Of a stretch of 64,000 nucleotides of DNA, positions 46,086 to 56,412 are shown one piece after another. The DNA is from a bacterium. Its GTDB lineage: Bacteria > Electryoneota > Electryoneia > Electryoneales > Electryoneaceae. Below the pieces are notes generated by a model. The model worked only from the letters and a program-made list of their open reading frames with translations. It was not told where the DNA came from and searched no databases. The position numbers and the translations under genes were made by a program. The stretch covers positions 4,384,001 through 4,448,000 of the forward strand of contig OY769902.1 of NCBI GenBank assembly GCA_963669175.1, read 5' to 3'. The stretch's first letter is position 1; every line of letters begins with the position of its first letter.

Positions 46086-48341
46086 TCACATGGCCTGGTG
46101 CAGGGTTATCTCGTGTGTTCCTTCTGAAAGCTTTACGCCGATGAAATAGCCATTGGCCAACACGATATCCGTTGTCTCGCCATCAACAACTGCCTGCCAC
46201 TCACCAACATTGCCCTGTGTTACAATCAGGTAGCCCTCATGTGCTGTGACAGCTTTGACGGCAAGACTATTATTTGTATAATCAACAACTTCCACAACAC
46301 ACTGGTTATCACCGACTGGATCAGCTTCGGTAATATCAGGATCACTCAAATAGATGTTTTCGGTCAACTCCTTATATTCTGCGTCACCAAGCAGAGTATA
46401 AATATCCTCTTCTTTAGATACATTCTTTACTCCCGTTACAAAGTATGCACGGGGAAAATATTTTACAGATTCATATACATATATTCCATCAGAACTATCT
46501 GAATAACTATAACAGGTTGAATTTAACGGTACTGTCGTGAACACATAACGTACTCCCAGCATGGCAAGTACTTCTGTATCATAATAAGTATCAAATGCCA
46601 GTGTATCAACAAGATCATTTTTGCTATCATGTGGATTATACAGATAAAGACGCTGTCCATATTCACGATAATAGTCTGCCAGCTCTTTATTTCCCTTTAA
46701 AGCATTTCGTATCACCTGCCCCCATATTTCATGATATTTTTTCGGATATAAATTCATATAGGCATCTGCAGTTTCCAGCCCATAGTAGATTGGATAGCCA
46801 GGATGCAGAGATACATTTTTCCTGTTTGCTACAGATACAACCCGGAAAAGATTTTCTTTCGAGAATTCCTCTCGCGCATCCCAGTATACTCTATTGTCGA
46901 AGTATCTGCTGAAACGCTCTTCACCAGCTAAAGCATCAGAGGAGTTTATGACGATCCGTTTCACCCCCATGCTGAGCGGTATCATCAGAAACAACACCAG
47001 CAGCACCCCACTATACAGCAGCATATTCCTCTTTATAGTCAGCATATAGACACAATACAATGAGGTTATTACTAAAAGAACCAGTACAGCGCCCATGGCA
47101 AAAATCTTCGAGGACAGCAATCCAGAGCTACCTGATTCGATTTGCAGAACCCGCATTACACCATAGAATGATACAAAACTGAATAATATGAGCAACATAT
47201 TGACGAATAAAAGCATCAAAGTTGTAATACTAATCAGTTTTAATGGCGACTTCATAGTCCTTAGTATTATCAATAACCTGTCAGCAGCCACTGCAACAGC
47301 GGCGGCTGACCAGAATGACACAAAAAAGTAGAATCTACTCAATTGATAACCACTTGCTATTAAATCTGCAAAGGTGGATAGTTCAACAAGAAAAGTAAAA
47401 GTTATATAACCAATATAAATAAATAAGTGTTTTTTATTTTTCCACGGCCTGGTAAGTAGTCCCAGAATAATAAGAAATAAGCTGTACACCAGCAGCATAT
47501 CAGCCCGAAAATAGTGCCATAGATGATTTATTATCTTGGCAATCATTGTCCCAATTGTGCTAGTATGTTCTACAGTAGCTGTTCTGTAAGATATTCCTGA
47601 TAGTGCCGTTGTGCTTGGAAGAAATGGGATTGTAACGATTAATACTCCAATACCAACGTAAACAAGCGAAAGTATAGCAGGGAGAAAAGGTTTTCTCTCA
47701 ATAAGCACAATCCAGAATAGTACTACAATGAACATTTGCGGCAGATAGATAACAGATCCAAAGAATGCGAGATAAACTCCCATTGAAATACAAATAAGCA
47801 TGTATAGTATATAGTTTTTCAACTTTGTCACCCACAACAATGCCAGAATAAACAACGGCAAGGATGGCGTAGAAAGAAGATGATAAATGACATATTCTTG
47901 AGGGTTGGCATTTAGTGAGAACATCATACCTGCCGCAAAAGCCACATACATGTTAATATTTACTCGTTTATATAACAGGAGAAAAGTAAAAAATGTTGCA
48001 ATAAAGCGTTGCAGAATCATGAGGATAATATTGGCGACAAAGGGACTACCAAGCAGATATGTTAATGATGCAAAGCCATTAAAATGCCCATTGTAGGAGA
48101 AAGAGCTTGGGAGACCAAGTAGAAAACCATTGTACCAGTTTTCTGTAAACGCACCGTTAATATTATGGACATAGTAACCGATTTTGGGGAGGTTTGCATC
48201 CCCGTTATCATGTATCATAATGTAGCTGTCGGTACCAAAAATATAGAAATAGGATGTTATCAGAAGAGTCCAGACAATAGAAGCTACCAGTATTGCTCGA
48301 ATGTTTCGATTATCAGTCTTATTTGTCTCCAAAGGAATCAT
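46086..48341 (-). CDS. Polytopic membrane protein, YfhO-like putative GT-C glycosyltransferase
   Basis: About 13 TMs; acidic motif HDNGD in the first external loop; C-terminal soluble domain ending W.A.VDG...ANGYFIGV.LSEG.H.I. Confidence 0.72.
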   Translation of the reverse strand: MIPLETNKTDNRNIRAILVASIVWTLLITSYFYIFGTDSYIMIHDNGDANLPKIGYYVHNINGAFTENWYNGFLLGLPSSFSYNGHFNGFASLTYLLGSPFVANIILMILQRFIATFFTFLLLYKRVNINMYVAFAAGMMFSLNANPQEYVIYHLLSTPSLPLFILALLWVTKLKNYILYMLICISMGVYLAFFGSVIYLPQMFIVVLFWIVLIERKPFLPAILSLVYVGIGVLIVTIPFLPSTTALSGISYRTATVEHTSTIGTMIAKIINHLWHYFRADMLLVYSLFLIILGLLTRPWKNKKHLFIYIGYITFTFLVELSTFADLIASGYQLSRFYFFVSFWSAAAVAVAADRLLIILRTMKSPLKLISITTLMLLFVNMLLILFSFVSFYGVMRVLQIESGSSGLLSSKIFAMGAVLVLLVITSLYCVYMLTIKRNMLLYSGVLLVLFLMIPLSMGVKRIVINSSDALAGEERFSRYFDNRVYWDAREEFSKENLFRVVSVANRKNVSLHPGYPIYYGLETADAYMNLYPKKYHEIWGQVIRNALKGNKELADYYREYGQRLYLYNPHDSKNDLVDTLAFDTYYDTEVLAMLGVRYVFTTVPLNSTCYSYSDSSDGIYVYESVKYFPRAYFVTGVKNVSKEEDIYTLLGDAEYKELTENIYLSDPDITEADPVGDNQCVVEVVDYTNNSLAVKAVTAHEGYLIVTQGNVGEWQAVVDGETTDIVLANGYFIGVKLSEGTHEITLHQAM

Positions 48342-48343
48342 TA

Positions 48344-49510
48344 TTATTCCCCTGTTTTATTATCGAGAATTTCTTTCAAACCTTCACATACGGTATTGAT
48401 ATCCTCATCCGTCATTGTATGGAACAGCGGCAATATGATAGCCTCCTGCTGCGCCTTTTCACTTTGTGCAAGAGAAGTCACCAATGTGCCCCCGTACGCT
48501 GCTTCCAGGTGTGCATTCATGATGCCGCGTCTTGAAGCAATACCGCGCTCCAGCAGCGCCTGCATGACATCGACCTGATTGAAGCCAGGCGCCAGGCGAA
48601 CACAGTAGCTTTGAAAATTGGAACGTGTATACTCTGAGTCACCTGGCAGCGTTAAAGCGTCAATGCCGGAAAGCATCTCAGTATACCGTTGCGCGAGTTC
48701 TCTGCGCCGCAGCAGAATGTCATCAAGACGCTGTAATTGAACACGACCGACAGCAGCTTGGATATCGGTCATGCGATAGTTGTAGCCCACCTCGTTATAC
48801 TCTTCAAAAATGATCTTTTTCGAAGTATGCCTGACAGTATCCGGCACACTCATGGCATGTTGACGCCATAGCTTGAACTTCTCGTCATACTCGGGATTAT
48901 TCGTGGTCAACATCCCACCGTCACCCGTCGTCAACACTTTGCGAGGGTGAAATGAGAATGCTGCGATATCGCCATGAGGTTTGCCAATCTTTTCCCAGTT
49001 TTCCCCGATTTTTATTTCACTCCCGATCGCACAGGCAGCATCTTCCACAACCGGAAGGTTATGCTTATGCGCAATCGTCAGGATACGTTCCATGTCACAG
49101 GGCATACCCATCTGGTGGACACAGAGAATAGCGCGTGTGCGATCAGTAATGGCCGGTTCAATGAGCTCCGGATCCATATCGTACGTTTGCGGATCGATAT
49201 CAATGAAATGCGGAGTAGCGCCACAATAGCGTACGGAATTCGCGGTAGCTATGTAGGAATGACTCACCGTGATAACTTCATCGCCTTCACCAACACCGAT
49301 TGCTTTCAAGGCCAGATGAAGGGCCGTGGTGCAGTTTGACGTAGCGCTCGCATATTTCGAACCGACGTATGCGGCAAACTCTTCCTCAAACGCCTTCACT
49401 TCCGGTCCCTGGGTAACCCAACCGGAGAGCAGAACTTTCGCGACAGCGTCAACTTCACGCTGGTCCAGTACAGGCTTAATAATGGGTATCACTCTTGTAT
49501 GTCCCTTCAA
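48344..49510 (-). CDS. DegT/DnrJ family sugar aminotransferase
   Basis: SGWVTQGP, EDAACAIG, FSFHPRKVLTTGDGG, GYNYRMTD. Confidence 0.92.
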   Translation of the reverse strand: MKGHTRVIPIIKPVLDQREVDAVAKVLLSGWVTQGPEVKAFEEEFAAYVGSKYASATSNCTTALHLALKAIGVGEGDEVITVSHSYIATANSVRYCGATPHFIDIDPQTYDMDPELIEPAITDRTRAILCVHQMGMPCDMERILTIAHKHNLPVVEDAACAIGSEIKIGENWEKIGKPHGDIAAFSFHPRKVLTTGDGGMLTTNNPEYDEKFKLWRQHAMSVPDTVRHTSKKIIFEEYNEVGYNYRMTDIQAAVGRVQLQRLDDILLRRRELAQRYTEMLSGIDALTLPGDSEYTRSNFQSYCVRLAPGFNQVDVMQALLERGIASRRGIMNAHLEAAYGGTLVTSLAQSEKAQQEAIILPLFHTMTDEDINTVCEGLKEILDNKTGE

Positions 49511-49537
49511 CTCAACGAAACATGTTTCTGTACAAAA

Positions 49538-50545
49538 TCAGTTCTTTACTTCCCAGTTCCGAACACTTTCATCACGAAGCAGATTGGCAGGCACTTCTCC
49601 CTGTTCTTCATACCACGCTAACAACCTGCGCAATCCCTCTTCCAGGGATACTTCCGGCTGGAATCCCAACAGTTGTTCCGCTTTTGACGAATCAGCAAAC
49701 AAACGAAGAACATCGCCCGGACGGCTTTCCACATGTTCAACCGTAGCTGTTTCAATGCCCGTAACTTTTCGAACAAGATTCGCCAGATCATTAATTTTTA
49801 TTTCTTCCCCCTGCCCAAGATTTACAATTTCGCCAAGTGCCTTTTCGGCGAAACCTGCTTTCAGAATTCCACGAGCCGTATCTTCGACAAAAGTGAAGTC
49901 ACGAGTTTGTTCACCATCCCCGAATACCATCATGGGTTTTCCTGCGAGGGTTCGTAACAGGAATTTCGGGATGACTTCTCCACTGTCCCCCTCATGGTGG
50001 CTGCGAGGACCGAAACTGTTGAACGGACGTACCACTACCGTAGGATAGTTGTACGTTTTCCAATAGGCGCGCGTATAACAATCGCCGGCAAGCTTTGATG
50101 AGCCGTAAACCGTATGCGGAAAAGCCGGTACACTTTCATCCATTGGTACACGAACGGCAGTGCCATATACTTCGGAGCTTGAGACGTAAACAAACCGTCC
50201 AACTCCCAGTTCACGTGATAAACGCAATAAATCAAGCGTACCTGTAGCATTGACATCATGATTTTCACGTGGCGAATGAATGCTGTGACGTACCCCCAGG
50301 CAAGCCAGGTGATAAACAACATCAACATCTTTCAGAAGCTGTGTCATCAGCGGAATGTCACGAATATCGGCTTCATTGAACTGTACACGTGATGACAGAA
50401 CGTCCTCAACATTCTTTCTTTTTCCGTTCACCAGGTTATCAACAATAATAACCTCATCGAATTGCTGCGATGCTTGACGCACAAGTTCTGAACCGATAAA
50501 ACCAGCGCCGCCGGTAATAAATGCACGTTTATGCTGCATCTTCAC
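49538..50545 (-). CDS. Extended SDR nucleotide-sugar epimerase/dehydratase
   Basis: TGGAGFIG, SSSEVYG, YGSSK, GDGEQTRDF. Confidence 0.92.
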   Translation of the reverse strand: MKMQHKRAFITGGAGFIGSELVRQASQQFDEVIIVDNLVNGKRKNVEDVLSSRVQFNEADIRDIPLMTQLLKDVDVVYHLACLGVRHSIHSPRENHDVNATGTLDLLRLSRELGVGRFVYVSSSEVYGTAVRVPMDESVPAFPHTVYGSSKLAGDCYTRAYWKTYNYPTVVVRPFNSFGPRSHHEGDSGEVIPKFLLRTLAGKPMMVFGDGEQTRDFTFVEDTARGILKAGFAEKALGEIVNLGQGEEIKINDLANLVRKVTGIETATVEHVESRPGDVLRLFADSSKAEQLLGFQPEVSLEEGLRRLLAWYEEQGEVPANLLRDESVRNWEVKN

Positions 50546-50678
50546 TATGAAACCCCTTAAAACAGTAGATCATCAAAGATAACTTACAGGTGAAAAAGGA
50601 TAACGCCGACAGTAATAAGATATCTACCCTTTAACGACATGGAATAACCTTCTTGTTTGAAAAAGAATAATCAAAGCA

Positions 50679-51014
50679 CTATGCGAACAACCACACGCCT
50701 GTAACAATCAACAGCATTCCCAGGAGTTGCTTGATTTGCAGCTTTTCATGCAAAAATATATATGCGGCCAGCGGAACTGTAATGTATTGAATTCCTGTAA
50801 AAGAAAAAACAAAAGCGAGTTCATAATGATCTAAAGCCAGGTTGACAAAAAACGGTACGATAGCGATGCTGGCAAAACTGGCAAACAGATAAGGGTTTTT
50901 TACAATTGTCCAGGGCTTGCTCATAACCAGCCCCCCGCTCGCCTGTTTGGCAAATATCTGCCCGGTCGTTGTCAGTGTGACCATGATGACTAAATATAGA
51001 ATTCCCATATTCAA
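50679..51014 (-). CDS. Small DMT/EamA four-TM protein, ArnE/F-like flippase subunit
   Basis: About 110 aa, four TMs, GQIFAK, 'ELAFVFS...LHEKL...LG'. Confidence 0.75.
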   Translation of the reverse strand: MNMGILYLVIMVTLTTTGQIFAKQASGGLVMSKPWTIVKNPYLFASFASIAIVPFFVNLALDHYELAFVFSFTGIQYITVPLAAYIFLHEKLQIKQLLGMLLIVTGVWLFA

Positions 51015-51430
51015 CGCCTGCCAACGAAGAGAATACCGCTCACGATAAACAAGGTACCCAGTACCCTGTTCAGCGTGATCGCTTCATCGAACATGAAATA
51101 AGACACAAGGAGAATGAGGGGATATGAAAGACTCATGAAAGGATATGCAACGGATAACGGAACAACTTTTAGCGACATGATCCAGATGAATCCACGAACT
51201 AAAAGTACAGCATAGGCAAGAATAAAAAGAGGATTTAAGAAACGATCAATAGAGAATCCATCAAAACTATTTGCAATAATTTTGTTCAATATATTCCCTA
51301 AAACAAGGAAGAGTATCGTGATGACAACTCCTCCCCATCCCAGCCAGAATTTCTTATCCAACCTATGGTCAGCCATAACCTGCGATACCCAGTTTGCTAT
51401 CACCAAGCAAATCACTGCTTGATAGTGCAT
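51011..51430 (-). CDS. Small DMT/EamA four-TM protein, ArnE/F-like flippase subunit
   Basis: 'VPLSVAYPFMSLSY...FDEAIT..RVLG' signature; the true start may be the internal MADHR. Confidence 0.78.
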   Translation of the reverse strand: MHYQAVICLVIANWVSQVMADHRLDKKFWLGWGGVVITILFLVLGNILNKIIANSFDGFSIDRFLNPLFILAYAVLLVRGFIWIMSLKVVPLSVAYPFMSLSYPLILLVSYFMFDEAITLNRVLGTLFIVSGILFVGRR

Positions 51431-51563
51431 TACCGTAACAAACAGTTCATTGACAACTTGTATAATAGTATCAAATACTTTACTTTGGAATTAACAACAA
51501 CAATCCCAATATTTACTGATAATAACCATCAACATATCACTTGTTATACAGGAAAGAATATCA

Positions 51564-52661
51564 TTAATCTTCTATCTTAACACAAGAATTCATATTTAAT
51601 TTGTGTTCCTCTTTAACATGGGACAACAAGGGTTCCAACATGTCATATTCGTGTTTACTTATTATTATTGATGGCTTGTCGGATCTGGACTCTATCATAT
51701 ATTCCAGTGATTTTCTACTGTATTCAAAAATGCGCCACAGGTATTCGCCCAATATCCCGAGCAACAACATGGTTACAGAAATTCCCATCGATGTAACAAA
51801 CATGCTTGAGGCCCAGCCTTCTTGCGGTTGTCCAACCCACATTTTATAGACAAAAACATAAAATGCATAACATGCGCTGACAAGTGATATAGAAAATCCA
51901 AGACCCGTCACAAAACGAATTGGCAAATTGGTAAAGTACATCAGAGTGTTTTTCATATGTTGAACCTTCTTTTTGAAGGTCCAACTACTTGTTCCGGCAA
52001 TGCGCTGGCGTTTTTCAAAGAGCAAGTCAATCTGACGGAACCCTAATGACCTGAGAAATAGCGTAATCGCAACTTTGCGAATGGATGATTCCCTGAGAAC
52101 ATTGACCACGTTCCCATCTACCAGAAAAGCATCGGCGCCGGCAGCGGGTTGATTCTTTAACCCGGGAAGCCGTCGGACCAGCGCATACCAGAGTCGGCCA
52201 TATATGCTTGGCATATAGCCACTCTTTGACTCCTGATGCCTTGCCAGCCAAACAATCTGATAACCTTCCAGCCAGTACCCAAGCATCCTCAGCAATTCAC
52301 CAGGCGGATCCTGTCCATCGGATGCAAGAACAGCAGCGCAACGTCCTGTAGATTGCTGTAAACCCGCTGCAATAGCAACATGCGACCCCTCATTTCGGGC
52401 AAAACGAATGTAGCGTACCCGGGGGTCCTTTTGAGACAGATCTTCTAAAATCTGGGTTGAACTATCGATGGAATGATCATCAACTGCAATCCATTCCCAA
52501 TCAATATCACCGCCAATCTGATCAAAAGTTACGCAGATCTCCTCATACGTCCTTTGAAGGTTCAACTCTTCATTGTAAACTGGTGACACGATTGATATCA
52601 AAGGTTTTGTATCACGCGTAATACTGCTTTCTGAAACCTTTTTAGCGCTACAATCGTCCAC
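51564..52661 (-). CDS. GT2 polyprenol-phosphate glycosyltransferase (GtrB/DPM-like)
   Basis: PVYNEE, VDDHSID, SDGQDPP, R.AG.SSW, two C-terminal TMs (GW.S...LGILGEYLWR). Confidence 0.9.
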   Translation of the reverse strand: MDDCSAKKVSESSITRDTKPLISIVSPVYNEELNLQRTYEEICVTFDQIGGDIDWEWIAVDDHSIDSSTQILEDLSQKDPRVRYIRFARNEGSHVAIAAGLQQSTGRCAAVLASDGQDPPGELLRMLGYWLEGYQIVWLARHQESKSGYMPSIYGRLWYALVRRLPGLKNQPAAGADAFLVDGNVVNVLRESSIRKVAITLFLRSLGFRQIDLLFEKRQRIAGTSSWTFKKKVQHMKNTLMYFTNLPIRFVTGLGFSISLVSACYAFYVFVYKMWVGQPQEGWASSMFVTSMGISVTMLLLGILGEYLWRIFEYSRKSLEYMIESRSDKPSIIISKHEYDMLEPLLSHVKEEHKLNMNSCVKIED

Positions 52662-52703
52662 TTAACACCTCAACATGAGTTTGCCCCAACACATACGAAT
52701 AGA

Positions 52704-53381
52704 TTATTTTTCAGCACGTTCAAGTTTTTTTGCGGGATTTCCAACAACTACTGCATTCTCATCAACATCTTTTGTTACAACAGCCCCCATTCCCACAATT
52801 GCCCCGCGCCCTACAGTTACACGTTCCTTCACGCAAGAACCTTGTCCCAGATATACGTTTGACTCAACATTTGCGTATCCAGCAAGAATACAATTTGTAC
52901 CGACTATTGTATCTTGCCCAACTGTGTTGTGAATTCCGACCGTTGATCTTGGCATTAGAAGTGAGCGATGTCCAACTTTGGCATGGTGATGCACAACCGT
53001 AAACGGGTATGCAATAACTCCGTTTTCAAGTGTCGCACTTGGTGAGATCCATGTAGAGGGATGAATCAGGTTCAGCCAACGATCATAGCCAATTTCTGTC
53101 TTTGACAGAATTTCAGTTAACCTCCTGCAAGTGCTATAGTTATATATACCATTGATAAAACTGACATCATTGGGCAAACGTGAAGCAGAAGTAAGCTTTC
53201 CAATAACAGGGTAGCCATTTACCATAGCATCAGGTGCATATGCGCCATCATCGAGAAAGCCAAGAATCTCCCACGAGAAACAATTTAGTGAATTCATTTC
53301 TTCAATCATCTCAAGCAGACTTACAGATTTAATGCCTGCGCCGCAGAAAACAACCTTGGCTTTCTCGACATGCTGATACAT
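52704..53381 (-). CDS. NeuD/PglD-like hexapeptide acetyltransferase
   Basis: GFLDD, IHP, hexapeptide repeats, VVGNPAK. Confidence 0.85.
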   Translation of the reverse strand: MYQHVEKAKVVFCGAGIKSVSLLEMIEEMNSLNCFSWEILGFLDDGAYAPDAMVNGYPVIGKLTSASRLPNDVSFINGIYNYSTCRRLTEILSKTEIGYDRWLNLIHPSTWISPSATLENGVIAYPFTVVHHHAKVGHRSLLMPRSTVGIHNTVGQDTIVGTNCILAGYANVESNVYLGQGSCVKERVTVGRGAIVGMGAVVTKDVDENAVVVGNPAKKLERAEK

Positions 53382-53393
53382 GGAACAGTCCCC

Positions 53394-54488
53394 TTAACAA
53401 TTTTGCAGATTTGCTACAACCTCTTTCACCATCTCGTCAGTTAATTCACCAAATATGGGAAGTGAAAGCTCCTCGTTTCCAAGCCGTTCTGCAACGGGAA
53501 AATCACCTTCAACATAACCTAATTCAGCAAAACAGGGCTGTAAATGGACTGGTTTGGGATAATGAATACCACAGGCCACGCCGGCTTCGTTCAGTTTATT
53601 CATCATTTCAGCGCGGTTCTTGACCAGAACAGCATAGACATGATAAACATGGCGGACATCATCCTGCACCTTGGGTTCGACAACCCCGGGAACGTCCTTC
53701 AGCAGCTCACTGTAGAGCGCACCTGCACGGCGACGGCCTTCTGTCCATTCTTCAATGTAGTTGATCTTTACGCCAAGAACTGCACCCTGGAAACCGGTCA
53801 TACGGTAGTTGAAGCCCTTGTAAAAGTGATTGCCTTTGCCTTTCTGGCCCCAGTCACGCAGACTTCTGACCATCTCGGCGTATTCGTCGTTATTGGTTGT
53901 GACCGCTCCGCCTTCCCCATACGCGCCAAGATTTTTCCCTGGATAGAAACTGAAGCCGGCAATATCACCGATAGAGCCGCAACGCCGTCCCTTGTATTCC
54001 GCGCCATGCGCCTGGGCGGCATCTTCGACCACCAGCAGGTTATGCTTCTTCGCAATGGCCAGGATGGGATCCATATCAGCAGGTTGACCGTACAGGTGAA
54101 CCGGCATGATTACTTTGGTTTTCTCGGTAATGGCCGCTTCAATCTTTTCCGGATCCAACGTATAAGTTTCCGGGTGAACGTCAACCAGAACCGGTTTCGC
54201 ACCGGTATAGTCGACAGCAGCAGCGGTAGCCACAAAGGTCATCGCCGGTACGATAACTTCATCGCCCGGGCCAACGCCGATTGCCAGCAAAGCCAGATGA
54301 AGCGCGCTGGTACCGGAATTGACCGCGATGGCGTGCTTTGCATTAACGTATTCGCCGAACTTCTTTTCGAATCCCTGCACAGACGGTCCCAGCACAAATG
54401 CTGTATTGGCCATGACTTCGTCCAAAGCAACATGTACTTCATCACGGATCTGCGCATATTGCGCCTTCAAATCGACAAAAGGTATCAT
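53394..54488 (-). CDS. DegT family sugar aminotransferase, WbpE/FdtB-like (C3)
   Basis: MIPFVDLKAQY, EDAAQAHG, SFYPGKNLGAYGEGG. Confidence 0.92.
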   Translation of the reverse strand: MIPFVDLKAQYAQIRDEVHVALDEVMANTAFVLGPSVQGFEKKFGEYVNAKHAIAVNSGTSALHLALLAIGVGPGDEVIVPAMTFVATAAAVDYTGAKPVLVDVHPETYTLDPEKIEAAITEKTKVIMPVHLYGQPADMDPILAIAKKHNLLVVEDAAQAHGAEYKGRRCGSIGDIAGFSFYPGKNLGAYGEGGAVTTNNDEYAEMVRSLRDWGQKGKGNHFYKGFNYRMTGFQGAVLGVKINYIEEWTEGRRRAGALYSELLKDVPGVVEPKVQDDVRHVYHVYAVLVKNRAEMMNKLNEAGVACGIHYPKPVHLQPCFAELGYVEGDFPVAERLGNEELSLPIFGELTDEMVKEVVANLQNC

Positions 54489-54515
54489 CTTTATGAAATC
54501 CCTGGTTAAGCTTAC

Positions 54516-55523
54516 TTAGAGACTAACACATTCGCCCTGTTTTTCGAGCGACTGAGTTGCAGCTTCCAGCATACGAACAATCCGTGCGCCGGATATCCCG
54601 CTTGTCAACGGTTCCGCACCGTTCTCTATCACATCAGTAAAATGCGCAACGAGTTCACGCAACGCTTCTTTACGTTCCAGCTTTGGAACCCAGATATCAC
54701 CGGCACGATAACCGACACGCATTTTGTACACATTTTCCGGACTTGGATTTACGGTAATGCCCTTGTCGTAGACACGAACCTTTTCTTCCGGTTCCATGTC
54801 ATTGTACACGACCATCTTTTCAGTGCCACCGATCAGGGTCTGGCGTACTTTCACCGGGGCCAACCAGCTTACATTGATATGCGCAATAAACGATTCCTTG
54901 AAGAACAAGGTCATGAACGCAGTATTGACCGGGCTTCCTTCAACATGAGCAATACCGGTAGCTGACACTGAAATGGGGTGATAATCGAACACCGCTTCCA
55001 TGATGGACAGGTCGTGTACGGCCAGATCCCATAGTACATTTACATCTGTCTGGAAAAGCCCCAGGTTGATACGGGACGAGTCAAAGTATTGAACATCACC
55101 CAGATCACCGGTTTTGACCAGTTCCTGTATCTTCTTCACGGCCCCGGTATAGGGGAATGTGTGGTCAACCATGAGCGCCAGGCCACGCTTATCCGCTTCT
55201 TCAAGCATCTGTTCGCAATGCTCGGAAGAATCAGACATCGGTTTTTCCACGAGAACATGCTTCCCGGCCTGAAGGGCTTTCATGGCCAGATCAAAATGTG
55301 TGTAAACCGGGGTGGCGATTGAAACTGCATCCACATCCTCGGCGTTGAAAACTTCATCCGGGTTTGTGGTCACTTTAACAGAAGGGTAACGCTTTTTAAC
55401 CGTTTCAAGCAGCGCTGGATTCAGATCACAGACATATGTCAGCTCTGTGGAATCATTTTCCATGTAGTTGCGAACCAGGTTTGGCCCCCAATACCCATAT
55501 CCGATTACACCAGTCCGTACCAC
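54516..55523 (-). CDS. Gfo/Idh/MocA oxidoreductase (sugar 3-dehydrogenase-like)
   Basis: GYGYWGPNL, AGKHVLVEKP, WDLAVHD. Confidence 0.9.
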   Translation of the reverse strand: MVRTGVIGYGYWGPNLVRNYMENDSTELTYVCDLNPALLETVKKRYPSVKVTTNPDEVFNAEDVDAVSIATPVYTHFDLAMKALQAGKHVLVEKPMSDSSEHCEQMLEEADKRGLALMVDHTFPYTGAVKKIQELVKTGDLGDVQYFDSSRINLGLFQTDVNVLWDLAVHDLSIMEAVFDYHPISVSATGIAHVEGSPVNTAFMTLFFKESFIAHINVSWLAPVKVRQTLIGGTEKMVVYNDMEPEEKVRVYDKGITVNPSPENVYKMRVGYRAGDIWVPKLERKEALRELVAHFTDVIENGAEPLTSGISGARIVRMLEAATQSLEKQGECVSL

Positions 55524-55634
55524 GTGTCGCCTCCCTTATCTAAAAAGCTGTTTTTGTATGTGAATAGCGTGTATATAGGAGGCATAATTCCCGCCCCCTG
55601 TGTGTAGCATCACTTCAACTCCTGGAGTGTTGCA

Positions 55635-56111
55635 TCAGTCTTTGGTGATATAGCGCTTCAGTCGTGCCGGTACCCCAGCCACAATAGCGCCGTCCGGCAC
55701 ATCACCAGTCACCACAGCGCCAGCGCCAATAATGGCTTTCTGGCCAACTGTAACCCCACCCATAATCACAGCGCCACTGCCGATGCTGGCGCCTTTTTTG
55801 ATGAGAGTTTCTACAACCTGCCAGTCGTCTTCAGTCTGAAGTTCACCACCCTCCGCAGTCGCACGAGGATAGATATCATTTATGAATACCACACCGTGCC
55901 CGACAAATACGTCATCTTCAATCGTAACACCTTCACAAATAAAGGTATGAGAAGATATCTTGCAGTTCTTGCCAATGAAAGCATTTTTTTGAATTTCTAC
56001 AAAAGCTCCGACCTTCGTATTGTCACCCAAAGTGCAACCATAAAGATTCACCAGATCGGGCTGGAATACCTTGACATCCTTGCCCAACGATACTGTATCA
56101 GTAATTGGCAT
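55635..56111 (-). CDS. WbpD/FdtC-like N-acetyltransferase
   Basis: VNLYGC, SSHTFICEGV, FINDIYPR, GVPAR. Confidence 0.9.
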   Translation of the reverse strand: MPITDTVSLGKDVKVFQPDLVNLYGCTLGDNTKVGAFVEIQKNAFIGKNCKISSHTFICEGVTIEDDVFVGHGVVFINDIYPRATAEGGELQTEDDWQVVETLIKKGASIGSGAVIMGGVTVGQKAIIGAGAVVTGDVPDGAIVAGVPARLKRYITKD

Positions 56112-56412
56112 CGTTACTTCCTCGGTTATGTTGCTGTCTGTTTTTTACCTATCAACTGCGGCAATGTAGGATAGCGAGGTTATACTTTCAAGCTTACCCA
56201 CTTGGAGGGGAGAGCTCGTGCTTTCAATAAGTTCTATTTGTGTTTTCAAAGGGAATTTTTTGAAATGCCAGTTCATTTTTACATGACTGATTTATCCTTA
56301 CTTACGCAGAAAAAAATCTCCATCAGAAACAGGCATGGCGCTATTGTACTTCACATCACCCATAAATCCAGATTGGTCAGCAGATAGCCCGGCTATTCCC
56401 CATTCTCGTTAA

